Source: an uncultured Actinomycetota bacterium (GTDB lineage: Bacteria; Actinomycetota; Actinomycetes; Propionibacteriales; Nocardioidaceae). Taken from it: DNA of 64,000 nucleotides. Position numbers and translations under genes: made by a program. Shown one piece after another: positions 1 to 10,917 of this stretch. The stretch covers positions 7,097-71,096 of the forward strand of contig CAVYLX010000003.1 of NCBI GenBank assembly GCA_963769475.1, read 5' to 3'. Numbering within the stretch: the stretch's first letter is position 1; the number at the start of each line of letters is the position of its first letter. The notes under the pieces are model-generated. The model was not told where the DNA came from and ran no database searches. It worked only from the letters and a program-made list of their open reading frames with translations.

Positions 1-1268
1 GGGCCGAACTCGGTGGCCAGCTTCTCGAACGCGACGTGCGCGGGTGCGTCGTCAGGCAGCACGCGGTAGTCGACGCTGCCCCAGCGGACGCCCAGGAACG
101 GCGACGCGACGGCGGCGAGCACGACCACGGTCAGCACGATCACGGCGATCGGCCGACGCATCACGGCACGGGCGAGCGCGGCCCAGCGGCCCTGGCCCGG
201 CTCCAGCGCCTCGGCGCTCGCCTTGCCCTTGCGCCACGGCAGCCGGCCGGCGTCGACCCGGTGGCCGAGCAGGCGAAGCACGGCGGGCAGCACGGTGAGC
301 GCGGCGAGCATGGCGATGGCGACGGCGGCGATGCCGCCGTAGCCCATGCTGCGCAGGAACGCCTGCGGGAAGATCAGCAGGCTCGACATCGCGGCCGCGA
401 CGGTCAGGCCGGAGAACAGGACCGTGCGCCCGGCCGTCACCATCGTCTTCTGGATCGCGATCGCCGACGCGTCCGGCTGGTCCTTCGGCAGGTGCGCGAG
501 CTCCTCGCGGAACCTGCTGATCACGAACAGGGCGTAGTCGATCGCCAGGCCGATGCCGAGCAGCGAGATCACGTTGACCGAGAAGATCGACACCTCGGTG
601 AACTGCGCCAGCACCCGCACGACCGCCAGCGCGCCGACCATGGCGAGCAGGCCGACCAGCGCCGGCATCGATGCGGCCACGACGCTGCCGAAGATCAGCA
701 GCGCCAGCACGATCACGATCGGCATCGAGAGCAGCTCGGCGCGCTCGAGGTCCTCGGAGGTGATCTCGTTGACGTCGTTGTAGACCGCGAACGGCCCGGC
801 CAGGCCGACCTCGAGGCCGTCGGCGTGCAGGAGAGGCTCGAGCTCGTCGTAGTTGTCGAGGAACTCGTCCTGCGAGTCACCAGCCAGCGAGATCAGGATC
901 TGCGCTGCGTGGCCGTCCTCGCTGACCAGGCCCTGGTCGGGGGCCTCGAAGTAGGGGATGACCGACGACGTGGTGCCTTCGGGGAGACCGGCCACCACCT
1001 CTTCGACCGCGGACTGGAACTCCGGGGAGTCAGCGGTGAGCTCGTCGTCGGAGTAGATCGCGATGACATCCACCGAACGGTTGCCGAACGAGTCGCGCTC
1101 GGCCTGGAGCTCGGCGTACGACTCGGACCCTGAGTCGTCGAAGCCGCCGTTGGACAGCGAGCCGAAGACCCCGAAGCCGTAGACGGCGGCCACGATCGTG
1201 GTCACGATGCCCACGAGCAGCACTGCCTTGGCCCGGCGGGCCACGAAAGCGCCCCAGCGTTCGATCAT
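1..1268 (-). CDS. MMPL family (RND superfamily) membrane transporter, 5' portion only; continues past window start
   Basis: Manual translation of the minus strand from ATG 1268-1266: MIERWGAFVARRAKAVLLVGIVTTIVAAVYGFGVFGSLSNGGFDD...LLGIGLAIDYALFVISRFREEL. Absent from the ORF track because there is no stop in the window. The + ORF 36..1133 is its antisense shadow. A divergent TetR gene is adjacent. Confidence 0.8.
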   Translation of the reverse strand, partial: MIERWGAFVARRAKAVLLVGIVTTIVAAVYGFGVFGSLSNGGFDDSGSESYAELQAERDSFGNRSVDVIAIYSDDELTADSPEFQSAVEEVVAGLPEGTTSSVIPYFEAPDQGLVSEDGHAAQILISLAGDSQDEFLDNYDELEPLLHADGLEVGLAGPFAVYNDVNEITSEDLERAELLSMPIVIVLALLIFGSVVAASMPALVGLLAMVGALAVVRVLAQFTEVSIFSVNVISLLGIGLAIDYALFVISRFREELAHLPKDQPDASAIAIQKTMVTAGRTVLFSGLTVAAAMSSLLIFPQAFLRSMGYGGIAAVAIAMLAALTVLPAVLRLLGHRVDAGRLPWRKGKASAEALEPGQGRWAALARAVMRRPIAVIVLTVVVLAAVASPFLGVRWGSVDYRVLPDDAPAHVAFEKLATEFG

Positions 1269-1291
1269 CTCTGCCCCCACCTCGTTACTGG

Positions 1292-1339
1292 CTAGTGAAC
1301 GTGCGTCATGCTAGTGAACGGCGTTCACCGTAAACGGTG
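1292..1339. promoter_or_regulatory. Candidate TetR operator cluster in the MMPL/TetR divergent intergenic region
   Basis: Direct repeat CTAGTGAACG at 1292-1301 and 1311-1320. Palindromes GTGAACGGCGTTCAC (1314-1328) and CACCGTAAACGGTG (1326-1339). Confidence 0.45.
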
Positions 1340-1371
1340 TAAACTCCCCGCGTCAACAGGAAAGGACCGAT

Positions 1372-2134
1372 GTGACGCAGGTCAAGGACCAGTCCCCGAC
1401 CCGCCGCGAGCGGCAGCGCGAGGCGACGTACGACGAGATCGTGCGGGTCTCGCGCGAGCTGCTCAACGACGGCGCCGAGCTCTCGCTGCGAGCCGTCGCC
1501 AGCAAGATGGGACTGACCGCGCCGGCCCTCTACCGCTACGTCTCCAGCTATCAGGAGCTGGTCGACCTGGTGGCCTACGAGGTGGACCGCGCGGCCACCG
1601 AGCGCTTCGCCGCGGCCGCGGACACTCGACCGGCGGACGACTTGGCGGGACGGCTGCTGCTGGCCGTCGCGGAGTTCCGGACGTGGGCGTTGGCGAACCC
1701 GCACGAGTTCGCGCTCGTCTTCGCGAACCCGATCGCCGACACCGACGGCGTACGCAGCGAGATGCACACGACGTCCTGCTCCGGCCATCTGTTCACCGAC
1801 CAGATCTTCCAGCTCTGGCAGGCCACGGGCTTCCCGATCCCCGAGCTGGACGCAGCTGCCGCCGTCGATCCAGGAGTCGATCCGCGAGCCACTCATGCCG
1901 GCCAAGATCGAGCAGATCCCGGACGACCAGCGCGGCCTGGTCTGGGTCTACATGCAGGGCTGGACCCAGCTCTACGGCGTCGTTGCGCTCGAGGTGATGG
2001 GCCACATGGACCCGCGCGTGATCGAGAGCGGCGAGATGTTCGTCGACGTGCTCCGCAACTACGCGCCGCGGCTCGGCCTCGGCGACGACTGGCCCCGGCT
2101 CGAGGCGCTGGTGCGGGAGTGGCTAGCCAAGTAG
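1372..2134 (+). pseudogene. TetR/AcrR family transcriptional regulator, one frameshift near 1850 as sequenced
   Basis: N-terminal HTH in ORF 1372..2223 (ATYDEIVRVSRELLNDGAELSLRAVASKMGLTAPALYRYVSSYQELV). The C-terminal domain continues in ORF 1895..2134 frame (QLPPSIQESIREPLMPAKIEQIPDDQRGLVWVYMQGWTQLYGVVALEVMGHMD). Confidence 0.8.
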
Positions 2135-2824
2135 CTGGTCGACCCACTCGGGCACCAGCACGCTCGCGGGGCCGTGCCGAGCCTCGTGGAACCACAGCGT
2201 GCCCTCGCTCGGGTCGAGGTTGAGCTCGAGGGTGCGGGCGCCGCGGGCGGCGGCGTACTGCACGAAGCCGGCTGCCGGGTAGACCGCGCCCGAGGTGCCG
2301 ATCGAGACGAACAGGTCGGCCTCGTCGAGGGCGGCGAAGATCCGGTCCATCTCGTAGGGGATCTCGCCGAACCACACGACGTCCGGCCGCAGCTCGGCCG
2401 CGCCGCAGCTCGGGCAGGCGGGTCCCTCGGCGAGCGGACCGGTCCACGGCGTCCTGGTGCCGCAGCCGGCGCAGAGTGCCGAGCGGAGCTCGCCGTGCAT
2501 GTGCAGCACTCGGGTCGAGCCGGCCCGCTCGTGGAGGTCGTCGATGTTCTGGGTGACGATCAGCAGGTCGTCCCCGAGCGATTGCTCCAACCGGGCCAGC
2601 GCGGCATGGGCCGGGTTGGGCTCCACGGTCTCGAGCGAGGCCCGCCGGGCGTCGTAGAACGCGTGCACGATGTCGGGCCGGGCGTAGAAGGCGCGAGGAG
2701 TGGCTACCTCGTCGACCTCGTAGCCCTCCCACAGCCCGTTGGCATCACGGAACGTCGGCACCCCGCTCTCCGCCGAGATGCCCGCGCCGGTGAGCACGAC
2801 GATCTTCGTCAGCTGCCGGGTCAT
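2123..2824 (-). CDS. cobB: NAD-dependent protein deacylase, Sir2 family (CobB-like)
   Basis: C-terminal 233 aa of ORF 2123..3970: MTRQLTKIVVLTGAGISAESGVPTFRDANGLW...TQNIDDLHERAG...LHMHGEL...CAGCG...CPSCG...PDVVWFGE. The ATG at 2824-2822 overlaps the upstream stop (ATGA). Confidence 0.9.
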   Translation of the reverse strand: MTRQLTKIVVLTGAGISAESGVPTFRDANGLWEGYEVDEVATPRAFYARPDIVHAFYDARRASLETVEPNPAHAALARLEQSLGDDLLIVTQNIDDLHERAGSTRVLHMHGELRSALCAGCGTRTPWTGPLAEGPACPSCGAAELRPDVVWFGEIPYEMDRIFAALDEADLFVSIGTSGAVYPAAGFVQYAAARGARTLELNLDPSEGTLWFHEARHGPASVLVPEWVDQLLG

Positions 2825-3438
2825 CGGCCGGTCTGGAGCTGGTGCACGGTCACGACGTAGCCGGAGTCGTCGAACGGCTCGCGGTCCCAGCTCGACCACA
2901 GCCTCGACCTCGCGCAGCCCGGCCTTGGTCATCGCCCGGTTCACGTCGGCCAGCGGCGTGGGCGGGCAGGACTTGGGCAGGTGCGCCTCGTCGAGCCCGA
3001 AGCCGCAGATCAGCCACCCGGCGGGTTCCAGGTGGGCCGCGAGCCTGTGGCAGGCGGCCTCGAGCGTGTCCGGCTCGAGCAACGGGATCGTGTTGCCCGC
3101 GACCACCACGGCGTCGAAGGTGCTGCCGAGCGCGAGGGTCGACAGGTCCCCCAGCCGCCAGTCCAGGTCGGGCCAGTCCGCCTGCGCCTGCGCCAGCATG
3201 GCCGCGTCGACATCGACACCGACCACGTCGTAGCCGAGCTCCGAGAGGCGCGCGGCGACCCGGCCGGTGCCGCACCCCGCGTCGAGCACCGACTCCGGCG
3301 GCTCCACCAGACCGGTGACGAACGTGGCCTCGCCGTGGGTGTCCTCACCCTTGGCGGCCAGGGCGCGGAAGCGGGCGGCGTAGATCTCCGCGTAGTCGTC
3401 ACCCGCCATCGCGCGGGCGCTCTCCTCCCAGCGGGTCA
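2821..3438 (-). pseudogene. Class I SAM-dependent methyltransferase, frameshift near 2897
   Basis: MTRWEESARAMAGDDYAEIYAARF...VLDAGCGTGRVAARLSELGYDVVGVDVDAAML. The tail is only sensible after a 1-nt shift: WSSWDREPFDDSGYVVTVHQLQTGR-stop at 2823-2821. Confidence 0.8.
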
Positions 3439-4376
3439 TCAGTAGTACCAGGGGAACGGCGACCAGTCGGGCTCGCGCTTCTCGAGGAACTGGTCGCGGC
3501 CCTCGGCGGCCTCGTCGGTCATGTACGCCAGCCGGGTGGTCTCGCCGGCGAACAGCTGCTGGCCGACCAGGCCGTCGTCGATCAGGTTGAACGAGTACTT
3601 CAGCATCCGCTGCGCCGTGGGCGACTTGCCGTTGATCAGCCGCCCCCACTCCAGGGCCGTCGCCTCGAGCTCGGCGTGCGGGACCGCGCGGTTGACCGCA
3701 CCCATCCGGACGCCGTCGTCGGCGGAGTACTCCTGGCCGAGGAAGAAGATCTCGCGGGCGAACTTCTGGCCGACCTGACGGGCGAGGTACGCCGACCCGA
3801 AGCCGCCGTCGAAGGAGCCCACGTCGGCATCGGTCTGCTTGAACCTCGCCTCCTCGGCGCTGGCCAGGGTGAGGTCGCAGACGACGTGCAGGCTGTGGCC
3901 GCCGCCGGCCGTCCAGCCCGGCACCACGCAGAGCACGATCTTGGGCATGAAGCGGATCAGCCGCTGGCACTCCAGGATGTGCAGCCTGCCCGAGCTTGGC
4001 CTTGTCAACGACCGGACCGACCCCTGTGCCATCTTCAGACTGGGTTGCCCTCGTACTGATAGCCCGTGCGGCCGCGGATCCGCTGGTCGCCGCCGGTGCA
4101 GAACGCCCACTTGCCGTTCTTGGCGCTGGGGCCGTTGCCGGTGAGGATCACGCAGCCGACGTCCGAGCTGATCCGCGCGTGCTCGAGGGTGCGCAGCAGC
4201 TCGTCGACGGTGTGCGGCCGGAACGCGTTGAGCACGTCGGGCCGGTCGAACGCGATGCGGACGGTGCCGTGCGCCTTCGCCCGGTGGTAGGTCAGGTCGG
4301 TCAGGTCCTCGAAGCCGGGCACCACGTCCCAGGCGTCGGTGTCGAACGTCTCGGACACACCATCGATCGCGCTCAT
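3439..4376 (-). pseudogene. menB: 1,4-dihydroxy-2-naphthoyl-CoA synthase (crotonase family), two frameshifts near 4033 and 3985
   Basis: N-terminus in ORF 4035..4376 (VRIAFDRPDVLNAFRPHTVDELL...GNGPSAKNGKWAFCTGGDQRIRGRTGYQYEG). C-terminus in ORF 3439..4110 (RLHILECQRLIRFMPKIVLCVVPGWTAGGGHSLHVVCDLTLAS...FLEKREPDWSPFPWYY). The linker reads in the third frame. Confidence 0.85.
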
Positions 4377-4431
4377 GCTCGCGAGGCTATCGCCGGTGGA
4401 ATACCTGCCGACGGCGCGGGCTTCTGGAGGT

Positions 4432-4879
4432 ATGACTCTTGAAGGCGAGTACGAGCCGAGCCAGTGGCAATGGGTGCGCGACCAGGTCGACCTCTACGAG
4501 CGCACCGGCGGCCAGGAGGGCTACCTCCTCCAGGGCAAGCCCGAGTGGCCGATCGTGGTGATCACCTCGCGCGGCATCCGCTCCGGCAAGCTCCGCAAGA
4601 ACCCCGTGATGCGGGTCGAGAAGGACGGCGCCTACCTCGCGGTCGGCTCCAAGGGCGGCACGCCCGAGAACCCCGCCTGGGTCGCGAACTTCCGCGCCGA
4701 CCCCAAGGTCGACGCTCCAGGACGGGCCGGAGCCACACCTGTACGTCGCCCGCGAGCTCGAGGGTGACGAGCGAGACGCCTGGTGGGAGCGCGGGGTCGC
4801 GCAGTACGCGCCGTACGCCGACTACCAGGAGAAGACCGACCGCCTGATCCCGCTCTTCCTCCTCGAGCGCGCCGCCTAG
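4432..4879 (+). pseudogene. Deazaflavin (F420)-dependent nitroreductase family protein (DUF385-like), frameshift near 4712
   Basis: MTLEGEYEPSQWQWVRDQVDLYERTGGQEG...VITSRGIRSGKLRKNPVMRVEKDGAYLAVGSKGGTPENPAWVANFRADPKV, then shifted frame LQDGPEPHLYVARELEGDERDAWWERGVAQYAPYADYQEKTDRLIPLFLLERAA-stop (TAG 4877-4879). Confidence 0.7.
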
Positions 4880-5121
4880 CCAGCCGCGCGGAAGAGGGCG
4901 ACCAGCAGGGTCACCCACAGCACCAGCGCGACCACGTTGAGCACGCGCTGGCGGCCGTACGCCTCGTCGGCCAGCTCGCCGACCGCGGCCTTGCCGCCCC
5001 GGCGGCGGGCCTGGACGACCTCCCACTGGCCGGCCGGGTCGGAGATGCCCCAGCCGAGGAACGGCACGACCACGAACGACGCCGCGCCCATCGCGATCAC
5101 GAGGACGAAGGTCTCCTCCAC
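4876..5121 (-). CDS. Small hypothetical membrane protein (81 aa, two hydrophobic segments)
   Basis: ORF 4876..5121: MEETFVLVIAMGAASFVVVPFLGWG...VLNVVALVLWVTLLVALF. Good GC3 bias; no family recognised. Confidence 0.45.
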   Translation of the reverse strand: MEETFVLVIAMGAASFVVVPFLGWGISDPAGQWEVVQARRRGGKAAVGELADEAYGRQRVLNVVALVLWVTLLVALFRAAG

Positions 5122-5133
5122 GCGCGGTGCCTG

Positions 5134-5742
5134 CTACTTGCCGGCGATCGACATCGCCAGGCCGCTGAGGTGGCCCAGGCGCGCGATCTCGGAGTCGACG
5201 AACTCCGGCCCACCGCGACGGCCGATCACGATGATCTCGTTGCCGTCGAGACGGCAGGCGGCGAGGAGCGTGACGTCGTCATCCTCACTGTCGAGCCGAG
5301 TGGGCGACTCGAGCTCGACGAACTGGAACTCGTCCGGCGCGGCGTTGGTGCCGTAGACGATCCCGTTGGCGCGATGCACCCGGACGCCCCAGTCGACCTT
5401 GAAGGTGTCGGGCAGCAGATCGACGAGGCGGTCCAGAGCCTGTCCGGGTGCGGCGGTCAGCTCCTCGACGGCCTCGAGGTCGAGCACCAGGTTGCCGCCG
5501 GCGGCGTAGCGGCTGATCCAGACCACCTCGACGTTGTCGAGGGCGTTGCAGGCCGAGACGATCGAGTCGGGCATCGTGCCTGGCTCGACCTCGAGCAGCA
5601 CGTCGTCGAGCGCGGTGCCGTCGGGTCGCTTCTCGATGATCTCGATCGACTCGATGTCGCCGCCGGCCTCACCGATGGCCGTCGCCAGCCGACCCAGCGA
5701 ACCGGGGACGTCGGGCAGCTCGACGCGCAAGAGGAAGGGCAC
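5134..5742 (-). CDS. ACT domain-containing (amino-acid-binding) protein
   Basis: Intact ORF: MPFLLRVELPDVPGSLGRLATAIGEAGGDIESIEIIEKRPDGTALDDVLLEVEP. Confidence 0.65.
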   Translation of the reverse strand: MPFLLRVELPDVPGSLGRLATAIGEAGGDIESIEIIEKRPDGTALDDVLLEVEPGTMPDSIVSACNALDNVEVVWISRYAAGGNLVLDLEAVEELTAAPGQALDRLVDLLPDTFKVDWGVRVHRANGIVYGTNAAPDEFQFVELESPTRLDSEDDDVTLLAACRLDGNEIIVIGRRGGPEFVDSEIARLGHLSGLAMSIAGK

Positions 5743-5786
5743 GGTTCGACCCTAGCCCGCTCAGGTTGCGTACGGATTTCGCCGTG

Positions 5787-7576
5787 TCACGAGTCGGATC
5801 GCGACGATTGCAGGCGTTGCCGTAGTCCGGTCGCCCGCGTGGCCTGGGTGGCCACTGCGGCGCGGACCGCTGCCTCGGACCCGACGACCCGCACCTTCTG
5901 CCGCGCCCGGGTGACCGCGGTGTAGAACAGCTCGCGGGTGAGCAACCGCGAGTCGGCGTCGGGCAGCAGCACGGTGACCCGCTTCGCCTCGCTGCCCTGG
6001 CTCTTGTGGATGGTCATCGCGTGCATCGTCTCCACGGCGTCGAGCCGGCCCGGCGCGAACTCCTTGAGCCGCTCGGACCCGGCCACGAACGCCCGCTGCC
6101 GCAGGCCCTGTCGCACCACCACCCCGATCTCGCCGTTGTAGACGTCGAGGGCGTAGTCGTTGGTGGTCACCAGTAGTGGTCGGCCGACGTACCACTGGCC
6201 GTAGATCTCGACGTCCGGGGTCTCGGCGAGCCAGCGCTCGACCTGCGTGTTCCAGCGGCGTACGCCGTGTGGCCCCTCCCGATGGGCGCACAGGAGCCGG
6301 TGCTCGTCGAGGGCCGCGATCGCGCCCTCGGCGATCCTCGGCCAGGGCCGCTGCCCGGATCGCCAGGGCGGCTTCGAGGCAGTCGGATCTAAGCGCCTCC
6401 TCGACCTCGGCGAAGTCGGTGGCCTCGACGAACTCGACCTGCTCCGAGGGTGCCCGCAGCACCGCGAGCACCTCATCGGCGTCGCCTCCGCGCAGCGACT
6501 CGGCCAGCGCCTTGATGTCTTCCTGGGCGCGGAAGTTGTGGGTCAGCGCGGCGACCGGCGAGGCCGGGTCGCCGTCGTAGCCGGCGACCAGGTCGCTGAG
6601 CACCGCGCCGGCGCCGACCGAGGTCAGCTGCTTCGGGTCGCCGACCAGGATCAGCCGGGCCTGCGGCCGCACCGCCTCCAGCAGCCGGCCCATCATCGTG
6701 AGCTCGACCATCGAGCACTCGTCGACCACGACCACGTCGTACTTGAGCCGGTTGGTGCGGTCGTGGCGGAAGCGGGTGCTGTTGTCGGGCCGCCAGCCGA
6801 GCAGTCGGTGCAGCGTGAGCCCGTCGGGGCGCCCGACCCGGTCAGCCGCTTCCTTCGCGGCCGGCGAGGACTCGGCGATGGCCGCCAGCTCGGTGACCAC
6901 CGCCTCCTGCAGCCGGGTCGCGGCCTTGCCGGTCGGAGCCGCGAGCGCGATCGACAGCCGCTCGCCGCGGGTGGCGGCCTGGTCGGCGAGCAGCACCAGG
7001 ATCCGGGCGACCGTGGTGGTCTTGCCGGTGCCGGGCCCGCCGGTCAGCACCGTGGTCCAGCGGCCGGTCGTCGCGACTGCCGCTGCCCGTTGGTCGTCGC
7101 TGAAGTGGCCACCGCGGATCAGCTCGACCGCCCGCTCCAGGCGAGGCGTCGTCGACCGGCGGCGGCGGCTGGGCGGCCCGGGTCAGCAGGTCGTCGCAGA
7201 CCTGGGTCTCGAGCCGGTGGTAGCGGTCGAGGTAGAGGAGGTCGTGGTCGAAGCGGACCACTCCCGCCTCGACCAGCGGCGACGCGCGCACGGCCGCCAC
7301 CCACGCACCGACGTCCGGCCAGGCCAGCTCCGGCGCGGACTCGTGGATGGTGGCCAGGTCGACGGCGATCGAGCCGCGGCGTACGGCGCGCACCGTCAGC
7401 GCCACCGCGAGCAGCACCGTCTCGTCGGTCTCGTTGCCGAGGGCGCCGACCCGCGACGCGACGTGCACGTCGGACGAGGTGAGCAGGCCGGCGGCGTTGA
7501 ACACCCCGAGCAGCCCGCCGGCACTGGCGGAGAGCCTCCAGTCGTGGTCGCTGGTGGGTTCGAAGAGCTCGGTCAT
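5787..7576 (-). pseudogene. recD: Exodeoxyribonuclease V alpha subunit RecD, at least two frameshifts (about 7143 and about 6335)
   Basis: MTELFEPTSDHDW... then LERAVELIRGGHFSDDQRAAAVATTGRWTTVLTGGPGTGKTTTVARILV (Walker A), VVVDECSMV, then EHRLLCAHREGPHGVRRWN...MTIHKSQGSE...FYTAVTRAR. The ATG 7576-7574 overlaps the recB stop (ATGA). Confidence 0.85.
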
Positions 7577-10500
7577 GTCGATCCGTCCAGGAGGTCGGAG
7601 AGCGCATCGACCAGCGCGACCGGCGGCCGCCAGGCGAAGACCCCGCACGGCGCCCCCTCGATCAGGGGCGTCTCGGGCCCGCACATGCCACGCAGGTAGA
7701 GGTAGAGCACGCCGCCGAGGTGCACGACGGGGTCGTAGCCGGGCTGCCGCCAGCGCAGGAACCGGTGCAGCACGGCGGCGTAGAGCAGCGCCTGCAACGG
7801 GTAGTCGGAGTGGCCCATCGCGGCGTCGAGCGCCTCGGGCCGGTAGCTGCGCGCGGTCAGCGGCTCGTCGCGCGGACCGAGCCAGTTGGTCTTGTAGTCG
7901 ACGATCACGTAGCGGGGGCCTTCGGCCGAGGTCACCCGCAGCACGACGTCGACCGACCCCGTGAGGTAGCCGCGCAGCGGCTGGTCACCGAGATCGCCAC
8001 GCAGGGGTTCGGCGTAGGCGCGCACGGGATCGCCGTCGGGCAGATGTCGCTCGAGCAGCGGCGCGAGGTCGCCGAGGCGGACGTCGGGCTGCTCGCCGCG
8101 TACGTCGCCCCCGGACAGCGGCAGCTCGAACTCCATCTCCCGCAGCCGGTCGGTCAGCGGGATCTCGCGCAGCGTCGCCCCGACCAGCGGACCCAGCGGC
8201 GAGTCGCAGACGGCGACCAGGCTGTCGGCCAGCGCCTCGCGGTCGACGTCGACCGGCCACCAGCCCAGCTGCTCGTCGATGTGGCCGAGCAGCTCGGCCC
8301 GGAGGTCGGGCGCGTCGGGGTCGGTGTGCTCCAGCACGGCGTGGACCAGCGACCCGAACGTCGCACCGACCGGCAGCTCGGCCATCGGAGACGGGACATC
8401 GGGGCCGGCGTCGTCTGGCCCGGCGCCCAGCTCGGCGGCCGGATCGAGGGTCTCGTCGTCCTTGCCGGTGACCTCGGGCTCGCTGGCCACCGCCTGGTCG
8501 TTGGCGGCGGGACCGGCGACCACCTCGGTCTTGCTCAGCGAGGAGTAGGAGCTGCGCTTCCAGGTGGTGTCGACCTCGCGGGTGAAGGAGCGGGCCTCCA
8601 GCGCGGGCGTCTCGGGCCGCGGCGGGTCGGCACCGGGGTCGGCATGGATCGCCGCCTCTGGCTGCGGGCCGCCTCGGTCGCGCCACTGGGTGAAGAGGGC
8701 GACCACCTCGTCATCGGTCGGCACGGACGGGGAATCGGGTACGACGGCGTCGTCGGCCGCGCGCATCAGCATCCGGTGCAGCGGCGAGGCGACGGCGTTC
8801 TTGGTCGGCGACCACCAGCAGACGACCTGCGACTGGGCCCGGGTGATCGCGACGTAGAGCAGCCGCAGCCACTCGCCGGCCTCCTCGTCGGCCCAGCGGC
8901 GGCAGTGGTCGCCCCAGTCGGCGCCGCCACCCCCGACGTTGACGCACCGCTGGTCGGCGTCGTCGTGGAAGAGCGGGCGCGTCGGCTTGGGAACGAAGCG
9001 GTCGGCGACGGCGGGGAGGTAGACGACGGGGTACTCGAGCCCCTTGCTGGCGTGGATGGTCACCAGCTGCACCGCGGCGGCGTCGGAGTCGAGCCGGCGG
9101 GTGCGCTCGGTGCCGCGGCCGGCCCGGCCCTCGGCGACCTGCTCGCGCAGCCAGGTGAGCAGCGAGACCAGTCCGTGGCGCTCCTTGAGGGTCACCTCGT
9201 GGAGGGCCTCGCCGATGTGGCGCAGGTCGGTGAGCCGGCGTTCGCCGTTGACCTCGGCCAGCACGCGGGCGGGCAGCCCGCCGACGGTCGACGACTCCAG
9301 CACCGCCGCGATCCCCCGGGTGGCGAACAGCTCGACCCACCCACGCAGCGTCTCGGCCACGTCGTCGGTCAGGTCGTCACCACCCTCGTCGAGCTGGGCG
9401 GCCGTGTGCCCGAAGAAGCAGGTGAGCGCGGCCGACCGCACCCGGGTGCTGCGGTGCGGCTGCTCGAGCGCCTCGAGCAGGCTCAGCCACTCGACCGCGG
9501 CCGGCGTCGCGAAGACACTGCCGCCGCCGGCGATCACGGCCGGCACGCCGACCTCCTGCAGAGCCGCCCGGGCGTCGGCCAGGTCGGCGTGGCGGTAGCT
9601 GATCACGGCGACGTGGCGGGGCTTGATCGGCTCGCCCTCGAAGGTGGCACCGGACGCAAGGAGGCGGCGTACGTCGAGGGCCAGGTCGCGCGCGACGTGC
9701 GGGCGCACCTGGGCGACCGCGAGGGTGCCCGAGCCGCGGCGCCCGAACTGCTCGCGCCGGACCACGCGCACCCGGAACGGCGAGTCGGCCGGCGCCCCGC
9801 TCGAGCCGGCTGCCGGGGTGGTGGGCCTCGACGTCGTGGACCACGATCCGGTCGTCGCCGAGCGCGGCGCCGGCGAGCAGGCGCTGGAAGGAGGTCGAGC
9901 AGCGGGGCGTCGCTGCGCCAGTTGACGGCCAGGGTCTGCTTGGTCTGGGCCGTCTCGGCTGCCTGGAGGTACGTCGTCACGTCGCCACCCCGGAAGGCGT
10001 AGATCGCCTGCTTGGGGTCGCCGATCAGCACCATCGTCGCGTGGCCGGTGAAGGCCCGGTCGAGCACCTGCCACTGCACCGGGTCGGTGTCCTGGAACTC
10101 GTCGACGAGCACGATCTGCCAGCGCTGGCGCATCCGCTGGCGGGCGGCGGACTCGGGGTCCTCGAGCGCCTCGGCGAGCTGGCTGAGCAGGTCGTCGTAG
10201 GAGAGGATGCCGAGCCGCCGCTTGCGCCGCTCGATCTCCTCGCGCACCTTGAGCGCGAAGCTCACCCGGCGACCCGACCGGGGTGGAGCGGTCCTCGTCG
10301 GCCGGCTCGAGCCGGGCCTGCGGGTCGCCGATCGCGGTGCGGGCGATGGCCAGCGCCTCGTGCGTGGGCGAAGACCGGGCCGTCGGCGTCGCGAACGCGA
10401 ACGCCCGCAGGTAGAGGTCGTCGACGGTCTCCTTGATCAGGTCGTCGAGGTCCTCGACCAGGCGGGCGCGGGAGTCGGTGTCGCCGGCGACACCCAGCGA

Positions 10501-10917
10501 GCCGAGCACCATCGAGCAGAACTGGTGGGTGGTCGCGATCGTGGCGGCGTCGAATCCGGCGAGGGCCTCGGTGACCCGTCCATGGCGGAGCCGCCGCTCG
10601 GCGTCGTCGCAGTCGCGCAGCAGGTCGAGCAGGTCGGAAGGACAGCCGTCGTCGATGGCGGCCAGGGCGGCGGGGTCGTCGCTCAGCGCGCGCTCGGCCT
10701 CCACCAGCTGGGCGCGCACCCGCTCGCGCAGCTCCTGGCTGGCGGCGCGCCCGAAGGTGACCACCAGCATCTGCTCGAGCTTGGCGTGCCCCTCGGCCAC
10801 GAAGCGGGTGACCAGGGCGCCGATGGTCCAGGTCTTGCCGGTGCCGGCGCTGGCCTCGAGCAGGGTGGTGCCGGTCGGCAGCGGGCCGCGGATGTCGAAC
10901 GGCGTCAGGGCGCTCAC
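7573..10917 (-). pseudogene. recB: Exodeoxyribonuclease V beta subunit RecB (UvrD-type helicase plus PD-(D/E)XK nuclease), multiple frameshifts between about 9600 and 10300
   Basis: GTG 10917: VSALTPFDIRGPLPTGTTLLEASAGTGKTWTIGALV; VLVDEFQDTDPVQW and GDPKQAIYAFRGGD in ORF 9603..10265; TIHASKGLEYPVVYL; nuclease end YVIVDYKTNWLG...LLYAAVLHRFL in ORF 7573..11625. Confidence 0.85.

Noticed and set aside
36-1133. Long ORFs antisense to recognised genes. Examples: 36..1133 +, 7720..10002 +, 11997..14180 +, 15262..16590 -, 26003..27727 +, 28007..29935 +, 55845..56801 +, 59850..61361 -.
   Set aside because: Their translations are Arg/Pro/Gly/Asp/His-rich with no family resemblance. The opposite strand encodes clear MMPL, RecB, RecC, AT3, TrpRS/SGNH, MttB and activase proteins. 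These are typical shadow ORFs of 70% GC DNA.
2123-3438. Sir2-family gene plus adjacent methyltransferase as a possible antiphage (Thoeris/DSR-like) system.
   Set aside because: The Sir2 protein is a short, canonical class III sirtuin (GAGISAESGVPTFRD, zinc-ribbon cysteines, about 233 aa). It has no fused sensor or effector domain and no ThsB/TIR-like partner. Its neighbours are housekeeping genes (menB).
5761-5800. An additional GTTGCG half-site (GTTGCGTAC) at the recD 3' end.
   Set aside because: It has no matching CGCAAC arm at the right spacing and it lies at a gene end. A single hexamer is expected by chance.
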